A DNA stretch of 64,000 nt from Gracilinanus agilis (taxonomy: Eukaryota): positions 462,178,899 to 462,242,898 of the forward strand of contig NC_058131.1 of assembly GCF_016433145.1 (NCBI RefSeq), read 5' to 3'. A program made the position numbers and the translations under genes. Below, piece by piece: positions 25,793 to 40,139 of the stretch. The notes under the pieces are model-generated. The model was not told the DNA's origin and did not search any database. It saw only the letters and a list, made by a program, of their open reading frames with translations. Numbering within the stretch: position 1 is the stretch's first letter; each line of letters starts with the position of its first letter.

Positions 25793-27229
25793 GTAAGACA
25801 AATAGCTTCTCTCTCTTATGTGAAGTAGGAGACCTCAAAGGGTATAGGTGAGATGGGAGAGCTTAGAGCTCAGAGACTTAAGAGAAAATTCTAAGCCCTG
25901 GTTCCCATGGATTGAGGACCAAAGCAAGACCACCAGGAAGATCTCAAAGTTATCACATCCTATATCTCCTCCACTGACTTAGTGTGGGGAAAGATTTGCC
26001 ACAGCTCTCATCCTCATCCATGAACCACTTTTTTTCATAGGCCTCTAGGGCTAGATAGAATAGAATCAAATGGGAATCCGTAGACTTGAGCTCCCCTAAC
26101 TTTATGACTTTGGACAAACCATCTCACATCTTTGATATTTGTTTTTCTCACTATGAAATGAGGGCTATGAACCTATAATAGAGGGTTCTTATCTATGGGT
26201 CCATGCATTGATATCAAGGGGTCCATAAATATGGATATGGGAAATCATTCCATCTTTATTTTCACTAACTTTTAGTTTTATTTTTAATCCTATGTAATTT
26301 ATTTTATGGGCAGCTTATAGATAAAGTGCCAGGCCTGGAGTCGGGAAGATGAATCTTCCTGAATTCAAATCAAATCATTTAATCCTATTTTGCCTCAATT
26401 TCCTCATCTTTATTTTTATTTTTTACTATTCCATTTTCCCCAATTACATGTAATAACAATCTTTAACATGTTTTCTAAAATTTTTGAGATCCATATTCTC
26501 TCTCTCTCTCTCTCCCCCCCCTTCCCTAAGATGGTAAGCAATTTGATCTGGGTTATACATGTGTGATCACATATTTTCATTTTGGTCATGTTGTGAAAGA
26601 AGATTCATATAGATAAAAACCAAACAAACAGAAAACACACAAATAAGGTAAAAGTTTCCTCATCTGTAAAATGAGCTGGAAAAGGAAATAGCAGATCACT
26701 CCAGTGTCGGCCAAGAAAACCTGAAGTGTAGTCATGAAGAGTTAGACAGTACTGAAACGACTGAACAACAACAACAAAATTTTAAAATACATTTAATAGT
26801 ATTATTCTGAGAAGAGGTCCGACAGGTTTCTCTAGACTCTCAAATAGATCCATGATACATAAATGGTAAAGAGCCTGGTTGATGGGAACCCTTCCAAATA
26901 TAAAAGTCCCATAAGTCTTAGGAGTATCTGTAAAATGAGAAGGTTTGGCCCAGATCGTGTCTAAGGTCTCTTCTGCCTCTAATATTCTGAGCTCTAAATG
27001 TCCAAAGCACCTATCCTAAGCTGCCATAATGGCAATCCTTCTGAGATACTTAAGTTGAACCAGGCTATTGCTAGAGGAAACATATAGATGAGCAGCTTTC
27101 TATGCCTCATTGGTTCTTGATCTTATGGATAGTTTTGTGGCAGAACTCTGGGAACAGTGATACTATACAGAAATGGGGAGGAGCTGGAAGAGAGGCAGTA
27201 GGCAATAGTGGACTTTTCTTTGTTTCTAG

Positions 27230-27319
27230 TATGCACCAGAGGGAGTCCAGAAAATTCTTATTGGGAACAAGGCTGATGAGGAACAGAAAAGGCAAGTGGG
27301 AAAAGAACAAGGCCAACAG
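27230..27319 (+). CDS. RAB15: RAB15 coding exon 5 (90 nt)
   Basis: TTTCTAG acceptor and GTAAGT donor. Encodes YAPEGVQKILIGNKADEEQKRQVGKEQGQQ, containing the G4 NKxD motif. Confidence 0.97.
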
Positions 27320-29889
27320 GTAAGTAGGGGGAAGCTTGAGGTATAGAGGACCTGGAGTCAGGAAGGTATGGGTTTAAATCCTAGCTTCAGTCAGGAACTA
27401 GCTGTGTGATCCAGGGCAAAACTTGCCTCAGTTTCCTCACCTGTGTAATAGGGATAATAATAACACTTCTTTGGGATGTTTTGAGGTTTAAATGAGAAAG
27501 TATTTGTAAAATGCTTTGCAAACCTTAAACAAAGTGCTATATTGGTGTTAGCTATTATTATTATTATTGTAATCCCCTTCCCACTCCATATCCCTTGCAA
27601 CACCATGGGTGTAAATAAGCTAATCGAGGGGCTCTGATGAAGAATGAAGCTCTATTTTTGAAACACCACTTCACTGAGAATTTTGTCATCATCACTAGTC
27701 AACAAGTATGTTAAATATCTACCATGTTATGTAAAGGATGGCAGCATGGAATCCCTGCAAAATACAGGGTCAGCCTCACCCAGAATTCCAGTGCCATCCT
27801 TTACATAACACCATGAACTAGACCCGGTAGTAGTTTTTAGAGCCACAAATAAAAAAAAATGAAACCATCTTTGCCTAGAAAGAGCTTATATTCTTTTTGA
27901 AAATTCCATTTTTTTCATCTTTGATTTTTTTCTCTTTTCATCTCCCCACTAAAAAAGCAAGAAAAATAAAACCTTTTATAAACATGTATAGTTAAGCAAA
28001 TAATCACATGTCCCCCCAAAATATGCCTTACTCTGTACTTCGAATCCACCTCTCTATCTAGAAATGGGTGAGGTTCTGGTCTAATAGGGAAGACAACACC
28101 CTATAAGGAAGTGGTAGCTAAGGAAGGGAGTTGTGGTCTAGGTAATTACAAGAATTTGAATAGAGTCATAGGATAAGAGAAAGGAAGGAAGCAGGGTGAG
28201 GTGCAAAGGTGTATCAGGAGTGGAGGGGCAGTTCAGCTGAATAGGATGTGAAGCATGGTATAGGATGTCACAATATAGTAGATAAGTAAATTCCCAGTAA
28301 TTCCACTATCCAGAACAGGTTAATCCCAGGGCATAGTCCTAAAAATGAGTAGAATAATTAGGGGAAGGGGCATTTGAGATGAGAGTAGATGTGGTCTCTG
28401 GTGGGTTAGATTTTCTAATGGGACAAAGAGCAGACTGGGTGGCAAAATGTCCATGTTTGCCAAGTCCTAGTAGCCTGGTAAATGGCTGCATGGGATGTTG
28501 AGTAAGATTTGAAATCATGTCAGTTCCACCTTTCCCACCTTCTCCTCCTTATACCACAATTACTCTAGCCTAAGGCCTCATCACTAATTTTGTCTGGAGC
28601 CTCCTAATCAGTCTTCCTGCCTCATCTAACTCCCTGTCCAGTCCATCTTCCACATAGCTACCAGATTGGTGCTCCTAAAGCATAGGTCTGGTCATGTCAC
28701 TCCATTGCTCAGCAAGTTCCATTGGCTCCCCAGTGCCTCTAATATAAAATATAAATTCCTCTATTTGATGTTTAAAGCCTTTCACAATCGAATTTAAGCC
28801 TATCTTTCCAATCTAATTTCTCTCTCTCTTTTTAAAACCCTTACATTCTGTCTTAGAATTGATACTAAGTATTGATTCCAAGGTAGAAGAGAGGTAAGGG
28901 CTAAGCAACAGGGGTTAAATGGTTTGTCTAGGTTCACACAGTTAGAAAAAGGCCAGGTTTGAACCTGTCTTCAGGCCTGGTTCTCTGTCCACTGAGCCAC
29001 CTAGCTGCCTCTTTCTAATCTAATTTCTCATTACTTCCCTTTCCTAAGAAAGTAGAAGAAATGGATAATTCTAATGTAAGTATGCTCCTCCTTGCAGACA
29101 GGGACCATTTTTGATTCTCTCTTTGTGCTTGTTGAACTGAACTGAATTGAACTTCCCTCTCTTCACTCAAAGCACATAATGCTGCAGTCAAACTCACCTA
29201 ATGTTCTTTTTTAAATTAAGAACAAAATGTTTTAATTACATGTAGAAACATTTTTAGCCATCATTATCTGACATTTTGTGACCCCCTTCCCCCAATTTAT
29301 CCTTCTTTCTTTCTCTCCGTTCAGCCTTTCCCTGTTCATAAATATCACCTGTTGGTCTTCATACATGATGTCCATCCCCCTCCATACTTTTGTATGCTGT
29401 CTGTATCCCTGAAAATACTCTGCCTTCTTACTTATTGGAACCTCTAGCTTCATTCAGTGTAGGGCAGGAACTGAGGGCAGGAAATTTTTCAGTAAAAACA
29501 ATGCCTCTGGCTAGGGCAACCTAGTTGGAGGAGCTTGGTGGAACTCTCTGATAATCAGGAAACTAAGACCCCCTGCCCTCCCTTCTCCAACTTTCTATCA
29601 TTATCCTCCTCCTCAAGCCAGAGAAGGGGCAGAGATAGGATAAAGAGTAAAAACTTATCCCCTGGAAATGAAGTTAGAAATTATCATGGGAAAACTGGGG
29701 GTTGGGAGGCCAGGGATAGAGTTAAGGAGTTGTCTAGGGGACAAAGGGAGAATATCCTCAGGAAGTTGAAAAGATGTGTAATTCCAAGGAAGGGCTGATT
29801 TATCCACCAGCTTTTAGTGATGCTCAGGGGCAACTTTCCATCCTTCCTCTCTTGCCAACCCCCTCTCAGGGGTTTTCTTCTCCTTGCAG

Positions 29890-29955
29890 CTGGCTAAGGA
29901 GTATGGCATGGACTTCTTTGAAACAAGTGCCTGCACCAACCTCAACATAAAGGAG
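29890..29955 (+). CDS. RAB15: RAB15 coding exon 6 (66 nt)
   Basis: TTGCAG acceptor and GTGAGT donor. Encodes LAKEYGMDFFETSACTNLNIKE, containing the G5 ETSA motif. Confidence 0.97.
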
Positions 29956-30186
29956 GTGAGTGAGCTGAGCTAAGGGTTGGGTTAGGGTGGGGCAGTGGCA
30001 AGTGCTTTACTTGAGGAGAAAGCCATAGTGGGGAATTGAGGGAAGGAAAATGGAAAAGGAAATAACTCATAGATCCAAGAATTAACCCTCATACCCTGCC
30101 CCTGCCCAGCAGATGATTATGAGGAAGGGAAGAGTCTAGGTGAGAGTGGGAAGATCAGGGCTAACTCATATCTTTTTATCCCTCAG

Positions 30187-30345
30187 TCCTTCACTCGTCT
30201 GACAGAGCTGGTTCTGCAGGCACACAAGAAAGAACTTGATGGTCTACGAGCACATGCCAAGGAAGAGTTGGCACTGGCTGAATTGGAAGAGAAAGACAAC
30301 AAAACTGAGGGCACAGGGAACTCTTCGAAAAATTGTTGGTGTTGA
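30187..30345 (+). CDS. RAB15: RAB15 last coding exon (52 aa + stop)
   Basis: CCTCAG acceptor. Encodes SFTRLTELVLQAHKKELDGLRAHAKEELALAELEEKDNKTEGTGNSSKNCWC then TGA. The C-terminal CXC (CWC) geranylgeranylation motif matches RAB15. Confidence 0.97.
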   Translation, partial: SFTRLTELVLQAHKKELDGLRAHAKEELALAELEEKDNKTEGTGNSSKNCWC

Positions 30346-33300
30346 GGAACCCATGTGGGGCATCCCCTGCCCCATGCCACATTTTCTCCTCCACAGACCA
30401 GGGGACAGTAAAGGGCTCTGGGTCTCATTCCCCTACTGCTATTTCCTTCCCTGATAACTTCATTGAATGTCAGTAGGTATCATTGTCCAGCCCCTGAAGC
30501 AAGGGTCCTATCCTCTGTTAGTGACCTTTTCTTCCACTCCAGGCACTGGTGTCCTCAAATGTTTTCCCTGAGCCTCAGGCTTCCTGTGTTCCCAAGATGT
30601 ATAGTGATAAGCATCTACAATCTCTATCCCTTTACTCCCCCATCTTGATCTTTTGAGTCCCTACCTCCTTAGAGAGCCTGAGACCATAGCCACATCCGTT
30701 CTTTTGCCTCTCTGACTCACAACCTCACACAACCCATGAACCCATGCTCCTCTACTCTTTGTTATTATCAGTGCTGTCAACTCCTCCATTCCTTTCTTTC
30801 CTCTATTCCCTCTGCCTCAACTAGGGGCTAGTTTTAGGAACTGGAGCTAAATTCACACATCTTTTTTTATTTCTGTGCTCTCTGCCACAGGTAGTAATAC
30901 CACGTATGGAGTTTATTCCTATGCCCCATCTTTTGGTACTACATTTGCCTGTGTTGTGAGGAAACCATAAAGGAGCAGGGCAGAGGGAATGAGCACCCTC
31001 TAGACAGTACCTTAGTATGTGGTAAAGCCTACCCTACCTTTCCTACCCCCCAACTCTGATGTCTGACCCTGCTTCTGGCATTTTGGGATCAGTTTCTGCT
31101 GCTTCCCAACTTCGACTGAAACCCTCTTCCTACTAGAGAGTTAAACATGGAGGCAGAAAAAATATATCAATAGGAGGCTGGGTAAGGGAAAGGGGTAGCT
31201 CAGGAAAAGGAGTCTGGGTAGAGGGATAGAAACTCTCTTATTTGGGAGGAAACTGACTTCTTTGTCAAGTTGGTCTCATTTCCCTCACTTCTATCCTCTC
31301 CCTACTCATAAGCACATGCATTTTTCCTGTTCCTGGACTCCTATATTTGAAGTAAATAGATCAGGGAGATGATGTCCTACTGTGGGGAAGACTTTGGGAC
31401 CAATATTACCAGTAGACAAACTCTTAAGTGGTAGGATGGGGGGCCAAGACCACAAAATCCATGAAAGAGTAGGGTAGTCTGTGAGATGATAACAACAATT
31501 TGCTCTTGGACTGCACCCTCAAGGAAAGGTAAAGCTTTTTGCATTCACTTTCTGAGAAAAGCATTTTCCCCATTATCCTTGGGACCAAGGAGGGAAGTTG
31601 TACCTTTTCAATACCCTTTTCTTGAACTCAACTTCCTTCTAACCAATCCATGGATTTGCTTGACAAAGAATTAGTGAGGCCATAGACTTTAGGTCTCAGA
31701 CATACATTCTACCTTTGTCTCAAGAATAAAGTTGAAGAGTACAAGAGGTGGCAGATCCTAGGTGAGAAGCTCTTAGTGATATTCTGGGTGCCCTTGAGGA
31801 TGAAGTGTACACTGTTTGCTCCTATAGCAGGTTGATGGTGGTGGAATGTTTCTAGCTGAAAATTCATTATACTATGACTGCCAACAGGAAAGAGGGAGCC
31901 TGAGATGTTTATTTACAGCCTCTAGTTTAGGAAGATGCCTCCTTTCCCCTGTGTTCTTGAGGCTCCACATGTCCTAGACTGGACCCAATTTGCCTTCAAG
32001 TACAAAGAGACTGAAAGTATGCTTCTCTCTTGGGAGAGTAAGCGTCAAAGATTTAGGATCATCAACTTCCATTTGGGGTCATCCCACCCTGGTATTGCAG
32101 TGTAAGAGCAGCTTAGAGGAGAGGTCAATTATCCAGCTGCCTCATGATACCTCAAGTAGGGGTCCTAACACGACTACTGAGAATTCAATAACTTAGAGGT
32201 AAAAGTAATTGAGTACCATGGCAAGGAGTAAAGGGTATGTGTGACAATGCCTTTCAACACACCATCTAAATAGTTTAATTTGGTCTCTTTCCCAGAACTC
32301 AGGTAATGGAAAGGCCAGGAAAGGTAAGAATGGGAATAGGATGATGCTGGGAGGAGAAAGAGGAGCATAGGGACTTCTACCCCATGGGAGACTTAAGATT
32401 AAGGGAGAGGAGAAGAGGAGATGGGACTCCATTTAAATCAGCTAAATTTATTAAACCTTTACTAGGTGCTTAATTGACAAAAAATAAGCATTTATTAAGT
32501 GCCTATTATGTGCCAGGCATTCTTCTAAGTCCTGGGGATACATAGAAAGGATCCATTTTAATGGGGGAAATAATTAACTGAGGGGAAGGTACTAGAATTA
32601 ATTAGGAGTTGGGGAGTTCCTATAGAAGGTGGGATTTTAGTTGGGACCTGAAGGAAACCAGGGAATCTAGGAGATAAGAAGTAAGAAAGACCATTCCAGG
32701 CACTGGGGACAGCCAGAGAAAATGCTCAGAGCTGAGAGATGGAGTGTCTTGTTCATAGAATAGCAAGCAAGAAGACCAGTGCCACTGTATCTAAAAGTAT
32801 GTGTGTGTCTATATGGGGCAGTGATGTGAGGGATAAGAAGACTGAGGTGAGGTAGAAGGACTAGGAGAGACTAAATTTAAAAGGCTTTGAATGTTAAACG
32901 GGATTTTATATTTGATCCTGGGAGGCATCACTAGAATTTATTAAGTATGGGGATGTCATGTTTGGACCTGTGTTTTAGAAAATCACAATGAGCTAAAGTG
33001 GTGGGCAGACCAAGCAACAGCCTATTGCAATAGTTCAGCTATGAAGGGATGAGAGCCTGCACTATAGTAAATGGTTGAAGCCATCTAGAGTTTACATAAA
33101 ACACTGGAATCCTGCCCTCATGTGCCTCACGTGGTGGTGGTATAATCTAGCAGAAAGATAAAATACAAGTAGAGTAATGTTCCATTAGCGTGATATAGAA
33201 GTACAAAATTAATTCCATGTGAGGGGGAAAATCATCACCAATAAGAGGAATCACAGCATCTCAGTAAAAATAAAGCCAGACTTCATCTTGCCTTCTAACA

Positions 33301-33876
33301 AGGAAGTCCCACAGGATTAGAGCAAGGAAGTGTTATCTTGGGCACAGGAGGTACATTCTAACTTATGCACCAAGGTGGCCTCCAACTCAATTCACATATT
33401 TATTAAGTACTCCCTATATGCACAGAAGTGTGATAGGTATTACTTCCCTGCAAAATGGGCAGAGATCTACATTTCTCTAAGGAGAATGGGGCCAGATTCT
33501 ATCCTGGAAATATATCTAGGGGTCCTAGAAAGAAGGTCTCATCACCAACTGGCTTGCTGGGGGAGGTAGCTGCTGGTAGAAGGTAGGATTTTGTTTTAAA
33601 GGAGAAGCCTAGTTTTGGAGGGGGGTAACAGTATTGGTGTCTCATAACCCTCCCATGGCATGAAGCCCAGGCCATTACAGTTCTCCCCTTGCCTATTAGC
33701 TTATTTCTGCCACCTCTGCCCCTGCTGTCTTAGCACACAGCCTTGCTCTAGAAATGCCACTGGTTTCTGAGCCCCTGCCTATCTCTGTGACTTGTGAACA
33801 TTGCTGTCCTGTGTCTGGGGTTCATTGTATGAACTGTGAACAGGGGCTCATCTATTTTAAACACAGATGTTTACAG

Positions 33877-33882
33877 AATAAA
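33877..33882 (+). terminator. RAB15: Probable RAB15 polyadenylation signal (AATAAA)
   Basis: AATAAA ends a non-repetitive, UTR-like stretch about 3.5 kb after the stop codon. An earlier AATAAA near 31725 is an alternative candidate. Usage is inferred. Confidence 0.55.
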
Positions 33883-35315
33883 GGAAATTTCAAATCACAG
33901 CTAGGCTGCAACACAGCAGTCCTGGGATAGAAAGTCTCAGTGACAGGGGAATGGGGATTTGGGATTATTGGTGTGAGAAGGGGTCTATGGTGCTGTAAGT
34001 CACAGCACTGTGATTTGTGCTATAGTTTCTCTGATGCCACCTGCAAGGAAGTCCATTTTGGAGGCTGCTACATCTCTTTTTCCCATCCTGGGAAATGCAC
34101 TTACAACTCCAGGATTTGGGTGAGACACAAGGAAGAACTTCCCAACATTTATTTGCTAAAATAGATTGGCGGGAGGGAGTTTCATCATTATCACTATCAT
34201 CATTTCTAGAAGATCTTTTAAAACTAGCATTATATTTTTAATTGTTTGGGAGTATAAGTGTATCTGCATCAAATGCAGAGAAGAAACTATATGACTTTTC
34301 AAAGTTCATTTCGACCTTCTAATGGATACTCCAGTAAAGCTGAGGCAGAGGCAAGCATTCTTTTTTTTTTTTAAATCCCTTCCATTTCTCGTCACCCAAC
34401 AGAAAAGAAAAAAGAATTTTTGTATCATATAACCAAGTAAAACATTCCCATGTTGGTTACAACCAAAAATGCATTTCTCCTTTTGCATAATTAGTCCATC
34501 ATCTCTCTATCTGAATAGCAGCATTCTTCTTTACTCTGGAAAGTGATTTATTGGTTAAAGAATCCTCAAGTCTTTCAAAATTGTTTGCTTTTATAATAAT
34601 AATGCTATGGCATAAATTCTTCTTCTCTGCTCACTGCCCTCTGCATTAGTTCATACAAGACTTTGTATGTCTCTTTGAAACCAGCTTTTCCCATATTTCT
34701 TACAGCATGTTAGCATTTGTTTACATCCGGCATCATCTTCATTTTTCTTTCTTTCTTTCTTTTTTTTTTTTTTGCTCCACAAAAAAAGCTGCTATAAATA
34801 CTTCAATAAGCTAAAGAAACTAGATGTTTGGAGTTGATATTAGGAGGAGTGAGACAGAAATAGAGGTGGAATTGCTTAGTGGAAAAAGCACTGGATTTGG
34901 GATGCTAGGATCTGAACTTGAATGATAGCTATGTGTGACCCTTGGTTTAACCACTTCATCTCTCAAGGTCTCAGTCTCATCACCTTTAAATGAGAGGTTG
35001 GGACTAGATGATTTCTAAAGTCCCTTCACATGCTAAGACACAAGCCTGAGCACTGATAGAATGATACTGACATGTCTATAGAACATAAGTATATGAGTAT
35101 AGAATAGACATTTGCATTATTTACATATAGCATAGACATTTTCCACATATCTAATATTTTATTTGCACAAAAATTCTATGAGGTAGGCAGGATAAGTAGC
35201 ATCTACAGATAAGAAAACTAAAACTTAGAAAGGTTAAGTTGCCCAAGGTCTGAAAGATAGTAAGTATAATAGCTAGAATTTTTGTATTCTGACATATCCC
35301 ATACAATGCTTTTTC

Positions 35316-35942
35316 TGTTAAACCAAAAAAGAAAAGTCCGGTGAATTATCTTGCCATGTAAGTTTAGTGGCATAAATTCACCCTTAGACACTTCTCGAGA
35401 TCAATTTATCATCTCTGATAATCTCATAAGGACAGTTTAGTTGATAAGGAAATAACAGGACACAGGAGTTATCTTTTAGCTCATGCTTCCAGCTCTATCT
35501 CCAGGAGCATGGAGTTTATTATATATATTTCAAGACTCATTTCATACAAAAGAACCCCCACCCAAAACTTTGCAGATGTGCAGAAGTTACAAATTATGTC
35601 ATATCAAAACACAAAAAATCTCATTTGACTTCAGAATAGAACAAGGCCAAGGCTGAATTTTGACTGGGTTCTTATCAGAAAGCCAAGCCGGGGAATATTT
35701 TTCTCAGGGTTGAATTGCCCCTGCTAAAGTTTTGGCCTTGGCTATACCAGGCAGCTGCATTCCTGGCCAAAGGGGAACAGTGTTAATCCTTTTAACTGCT
35801 GGTTAGCTAGAAACTTAAAGCTTTTCAATAAGGCCACAATAATTTTCAACAAGAAATCACAAGGATCACAAAAGGGGTCAAAAGAGGAGTCTCAGATTTG
35901 TATCTATTCTCTTATTGGCTTCCCACATATTTCCCCCTTTTC
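35316..35942 (-). mobile_element. ERV LTR with adjacent polypurine tract (3' LTR-like)
   Basis: The minus strand reads aaaagggggaaata|TGTGGG, a polypurine tract (PPT) immediately before the TG at 35927. There is a CCAAT near 35914, an AATAAA at 35515-35520 (minus) and a candidate CA end at 35316. Confidence 0.55.
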
Positions 35943-38408
35943 TTTAAATTAAAATGATTTATTACACAGGAAAACTTTTAATAACAAAAGGAGTCATCAA
36001 TTAGTTATAATCATTAGCTATAGCTGGATCTGATAGGATTTGCAGATTAAACTGTTTATTTATGGCTCTCTATAGACACTGCCACCAAAAAAAACCTGCT
36101 TTTCCTGAAAAGTGGGAGGGGACTAGTATGGGGCAGGGCAGGACTCAGGATGAAGAGGAGACCTAAGGAGAGATAGTGGGATTCAGGTTCCCCAGTCTAA
36201 AAACTCAAGTTGTCATGGGGAATTTTAAGGGTGTGGCCCTAGGAAGATTCAAGAAAACCTAGGGAGTACTGGAAACACATGGAAACAAGTGCAGGGCATG
36301 TTGGCAGCATTATAGTTTTGCCCATCATCACTGCCAATAGGCTTGGTTGCCTGGTAGACAGATTTATTAGGAAATTCCAGAGACCCACCCTTCCCAGCCT
36401 CAACAGGGAACACAGTTTACCTCCAATTCTTGCTAGCCCTACTTGTTAAGAAAAAAGTCTATAGTACTTTAGGGAGTCCTTTTGTCCCTGCACACATGTG
36501 TCTAGCAGGTGTGTGCCAGATCCAGTTTGTAAGAGAGAAGAGGCTAGACTCTTTCTTAGAAGTCAGAAGTCCCTAAGGGTTCAAGCAGGGAGGGAACACC
36601 TTCCAGGGTATTTTCCCTCAGACACTTTCCAGAATTGTAAACAATTTTTAATTCTCTTAATTTCATTTCAATACTTATTAAAAACCTGTGTTTGGCAGGA
36701 TTTTTTTAACTCTTGGTAAGGAACTTTCTCTGACGATGCAAATGATAAAATCCACCACTTATAGATTCACTGGGACACTAATAGGTTAAAATCATAAGAC
36801 CATAGGATCACAAATACAGAGCTGGTAGGAGTCTGAGAAGTCATTAAGTTCAAGCCCATCTTTTTACAGAAGTATCTGAGCTCCAGAGAGAGAAAGGTTA
36901 AGTGATTTGCCTAAAGCCACACAGCTTTTAAGGGTCTGAGACAGAATTAGAACATCACTCAGACAATCAACTATTTCTAAAAAGACAAGCAGAGGAATTT
37001 CCCAATGAGGAACCCAAACCTTGGTTTCCCCTGATATAAGGGTATACTCAGTTCTATACTTACAAAGAGGGGCAAAGGCTAGATTTGAACCTAGGTCTTC
37101 TGACTCTAATGTCTGGCTTCTAGCCATTAGGCCAGGATAGAAAAGAAAAAATGAAAAGCAGTTACTACTCAAGCATCTTACTTTCCATGACCTTTGCAAG
37201 TGTTGGAACTGGTCCACAGACCTTTGGATTCAAGGATCCCAAAGCCACTGATGTTTGACAAAAGTTTGGCTACCTCTAACAGATGAAGAAATTGAGGCAT
37301 AGGAAAAAAATGGAAGTACTCTGCCAAGTTATTGAGCACTTTATAACACTGGCAGTTATAGACTATCCTGTGTTCTCATCTTTTAACCTTGAACATTTTC
37401 TCTTTCCTATTTTTAATGTCTTTTTAAAAAATTATACTTTCTGATATATTCCTCTGTCTTCTCTCAAAAAAATAAAAATTTAACCTTGGTACATATTAAA
37501 GCAGTTAAACATAACCAATCAAAAAAGCAATCAGGTACTGCAATTTATGCTACACTTTGAATTCATTATACCTCACCTCTGAACCAAGGAGGCATGTCTA
37601 TCACTTATGTTCTTTGGAACCAAGGTTGCTCATTGCAATTAATCAGAGTTTAGCTGTCATTTACTGATGTTTTCATTTACATTATTGCAGACTGTTTTCT
37701 TGTGAGCCTTGAACTCTTAAAAGAAAAATGTTATTCAAATCCAAGACATTCCAGTAAGAGAATCACATGTGGTCATTTAGCTGTGGATTACACCAGAAAT
37801 CTTACAAATGAAGTTGCTGAATCTAGAACATGGCACTCTGGATCCTATATAGACTGTTTCTTCTTGGGAGGACAAGTTCCCTTATGAGTAGAGCACCTTT
37901 AGAACTGACCCTTTAACTGAGAGATAATGGATTCTGTTTATACACCAATTTATGTGTTCATTTTACCCTGTTTGCATTTACCACATGTCTAATATGTGCA
38001 AAAGCACTGTGCTAGATCCTGCAAGAGACATGATATGAAGTCAGATATACTCTGCCTCCAAAGAGCTTACAATGGGAGGGAAAGCACTTCACAGATTCTC
38101 ATAGCTGAAAGGCACTCAGAGATAATTTATTCCAATCTGAGCTGAACAGAAATCTTCCCTACAACATTTCCATAAGTGGTGGTCATCCATCCTCCACCTG
38201 AAGGCTTCTAATGAAAAGGAACTCACTACCTCCTATGACTGGGCAGCTCTGATTAGGAATTTTTTCCTTATATCAAACTGAAATCTGTCCATCCCAAAAC
38301 CAAGTCTAATTCATCTGCCATTTAACAGTCCTTCAAATTCTATGGTAGCTACATGTTACCACTAAATTTTCTCCCCCAAGCACCCTCAATTCCTTCAAAC
38401 AATTCTTT

Positions 38409-39335
38409 TGTAAAGGAAAGTTAATCCTAATAACTCTTTCCTACTTAAGACCTTTGTCAATAGGAAATACATCTCACTGAATCCATCAGAATTTGAACTA
38501 AGTGGGAAAACAGTTGGTATCAATCAATTAATCAAAAGGAATTTTAACAAGGTGTAATAGGAAGTAGATTTGGATTAGTCACACTGAGTCTTCTACAAAA
38601 TAATAGGTCAGCTAAAAACCTAAGAGATTTGAGTATCTGGCAGTGGAGAGAATCTCCCAGTCAAACCCCTGAGATAGAATAATTTGTAGGCCTGTGAGTG
38701 AGAGAACACCCACACTGCTTCAGTTTCCTCCCCTCCCTACCTTGACTGGAGACAGACCTAATGAACTTCAGAGGACAGAAGGATTTTGACTATCAAATAC
38801 ATCCTAGCAGTATTCCAAGACAGTCATAGCTGGTGGGAATGTCTACACGGGGAACCAAGGATGAACTGGATGTGATGAGGAAAGCCAGATTCAAGGCTCC
38901 ACAAGGAGCCTAGCAGAAAAGCTATGCCATATCTTAGAAAAACTTCATGAGAACCCCACAAAAAATAGGAAAGGATTTCCTACAAACAGGGGATCTCTGC
39001 TACATCGCTTTCTAAGTCTGAGCCTACTTTCTCCTGGATTCTGTAGATGCTGGTGGAAGAATGTGTCACAAATTGCTAGGGGGATATTTTGTATAAACTG
39101 TTTTTTAATATAGCAACTTAGTAAATAACTCTTTCTAAAAGATATTTAAGTGTAGCTAATTGAGATCAACTGAAAGTCATATAGGAAAGTACCTTGAGCA
39201 TAATGCCCTTGAGCATTAGGAAAGCCATGACTAGCCCTTTAGGCTAACTCTGTAACTGAGTATTATGTAGTAGCCCTGATCTGAGGGCCTAGCCTTCTAG
39301 TGCAAATGGGAATTGGGAGAGTAGCATTCACTACA
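38409..39335. mobile_element. Probable solo LTR inserted in a CR1/L3 remnant
   Basis: TGTA...TACA termini with a near-TSD CTTT/CTTC. The flanks rejoin into an L3-like sequence. Confidence 0.55.
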
Positions 39336-39489
39336 CTTCTATGGCAAGATTTCCATTCTGGTCATGCTCCACTTTTGGGGGAGGGGGGGTCTTTTTAAGA
39401 GTGAAGAGCTGAACTCACTACTCAGATATCAGGAGAGAAGAGTAGATGAGACAATCACTTTTTTCCTTCAAAGTATTATGCCTCCCTTA

Positions 39490-39790
39490 ATGCAACCTAA
39501 AGCTACACCATAATGTTCTATGAGAAGCCATCATATGGCATGATAATTAATCTTCAGAGAATCAAAATTGAAGATAGCCCATAGGACAAAGGAGAGGTAT
39601 TCAGTGGGCATAAAGGAAATGTAGGTTAAGAAAAGGATGTAGGTTGGTCATGAAAATGAGAGCAATGGATAACATGGACAACTGGAGTGCCGTAGTGGTT
39701 CTCTCACTATGTTAAATAATCTAGAGAAAGGCCTCCATCAAGTTAGGTAGATCTTTTCTGTAAGGTTTTTGGAAGGATATGGTTCAAAAT
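39490..39790 (+). mobile_element. RTE-clade LINE ORF 3' fragment
   Basis: Degenerate nucleotide trace of the AGHV.RM.DNRWT...W...GRP..RW C-terminal RTE motif (ggttggtcatgaaaatgagagcaatggataacatggacaac). Confidence 0.55.
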
Positions 39791-40139
39791 CAGACAAAAT
39801 GAGAATATATGGGTGGTATAGTGGTCTAGGTCTCTTACTAGGTCAGTCTGGTCCTTCAGGTTTGAGATTAGGGCCAAAATAAGACATTCACAAAACATTC
39901 TGAAGCTAACAAAGGGGAGACTTGCTTCATCATAACAGAAGAAAGATATTCAAAGGGAAAAGACAGTTATTGAGAATATAGTCTTGATTAAGTTGCTTAA
40001 GGCTTCCCTCCTTGTGTTGCCCATGATAAGAAACATAAGGGAGCAGTTGGAGCTCCTCATGCCCTGGTTCTTTGGGACCAGGTGACCAGAGAACTGTAGT
40101 CAATGAGTTGAGCCTGCAGTATTCTAAACCAATTAAGTC

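Noticed and set aside
27102-27323. 73-aa ORF overlapping RAB15 exon 5 in the +1 frame; from memory it resembles the C-terminus of a human alternative RAB15 isoform
   Set aside because: It is the shifted frame of exon 5. The exon-4 extension I recall for the human isoform hits TAG at 25826-25828 here, and the +1 frame stops at TAA in exon 6, so there is no support for a conserved alternative protein.
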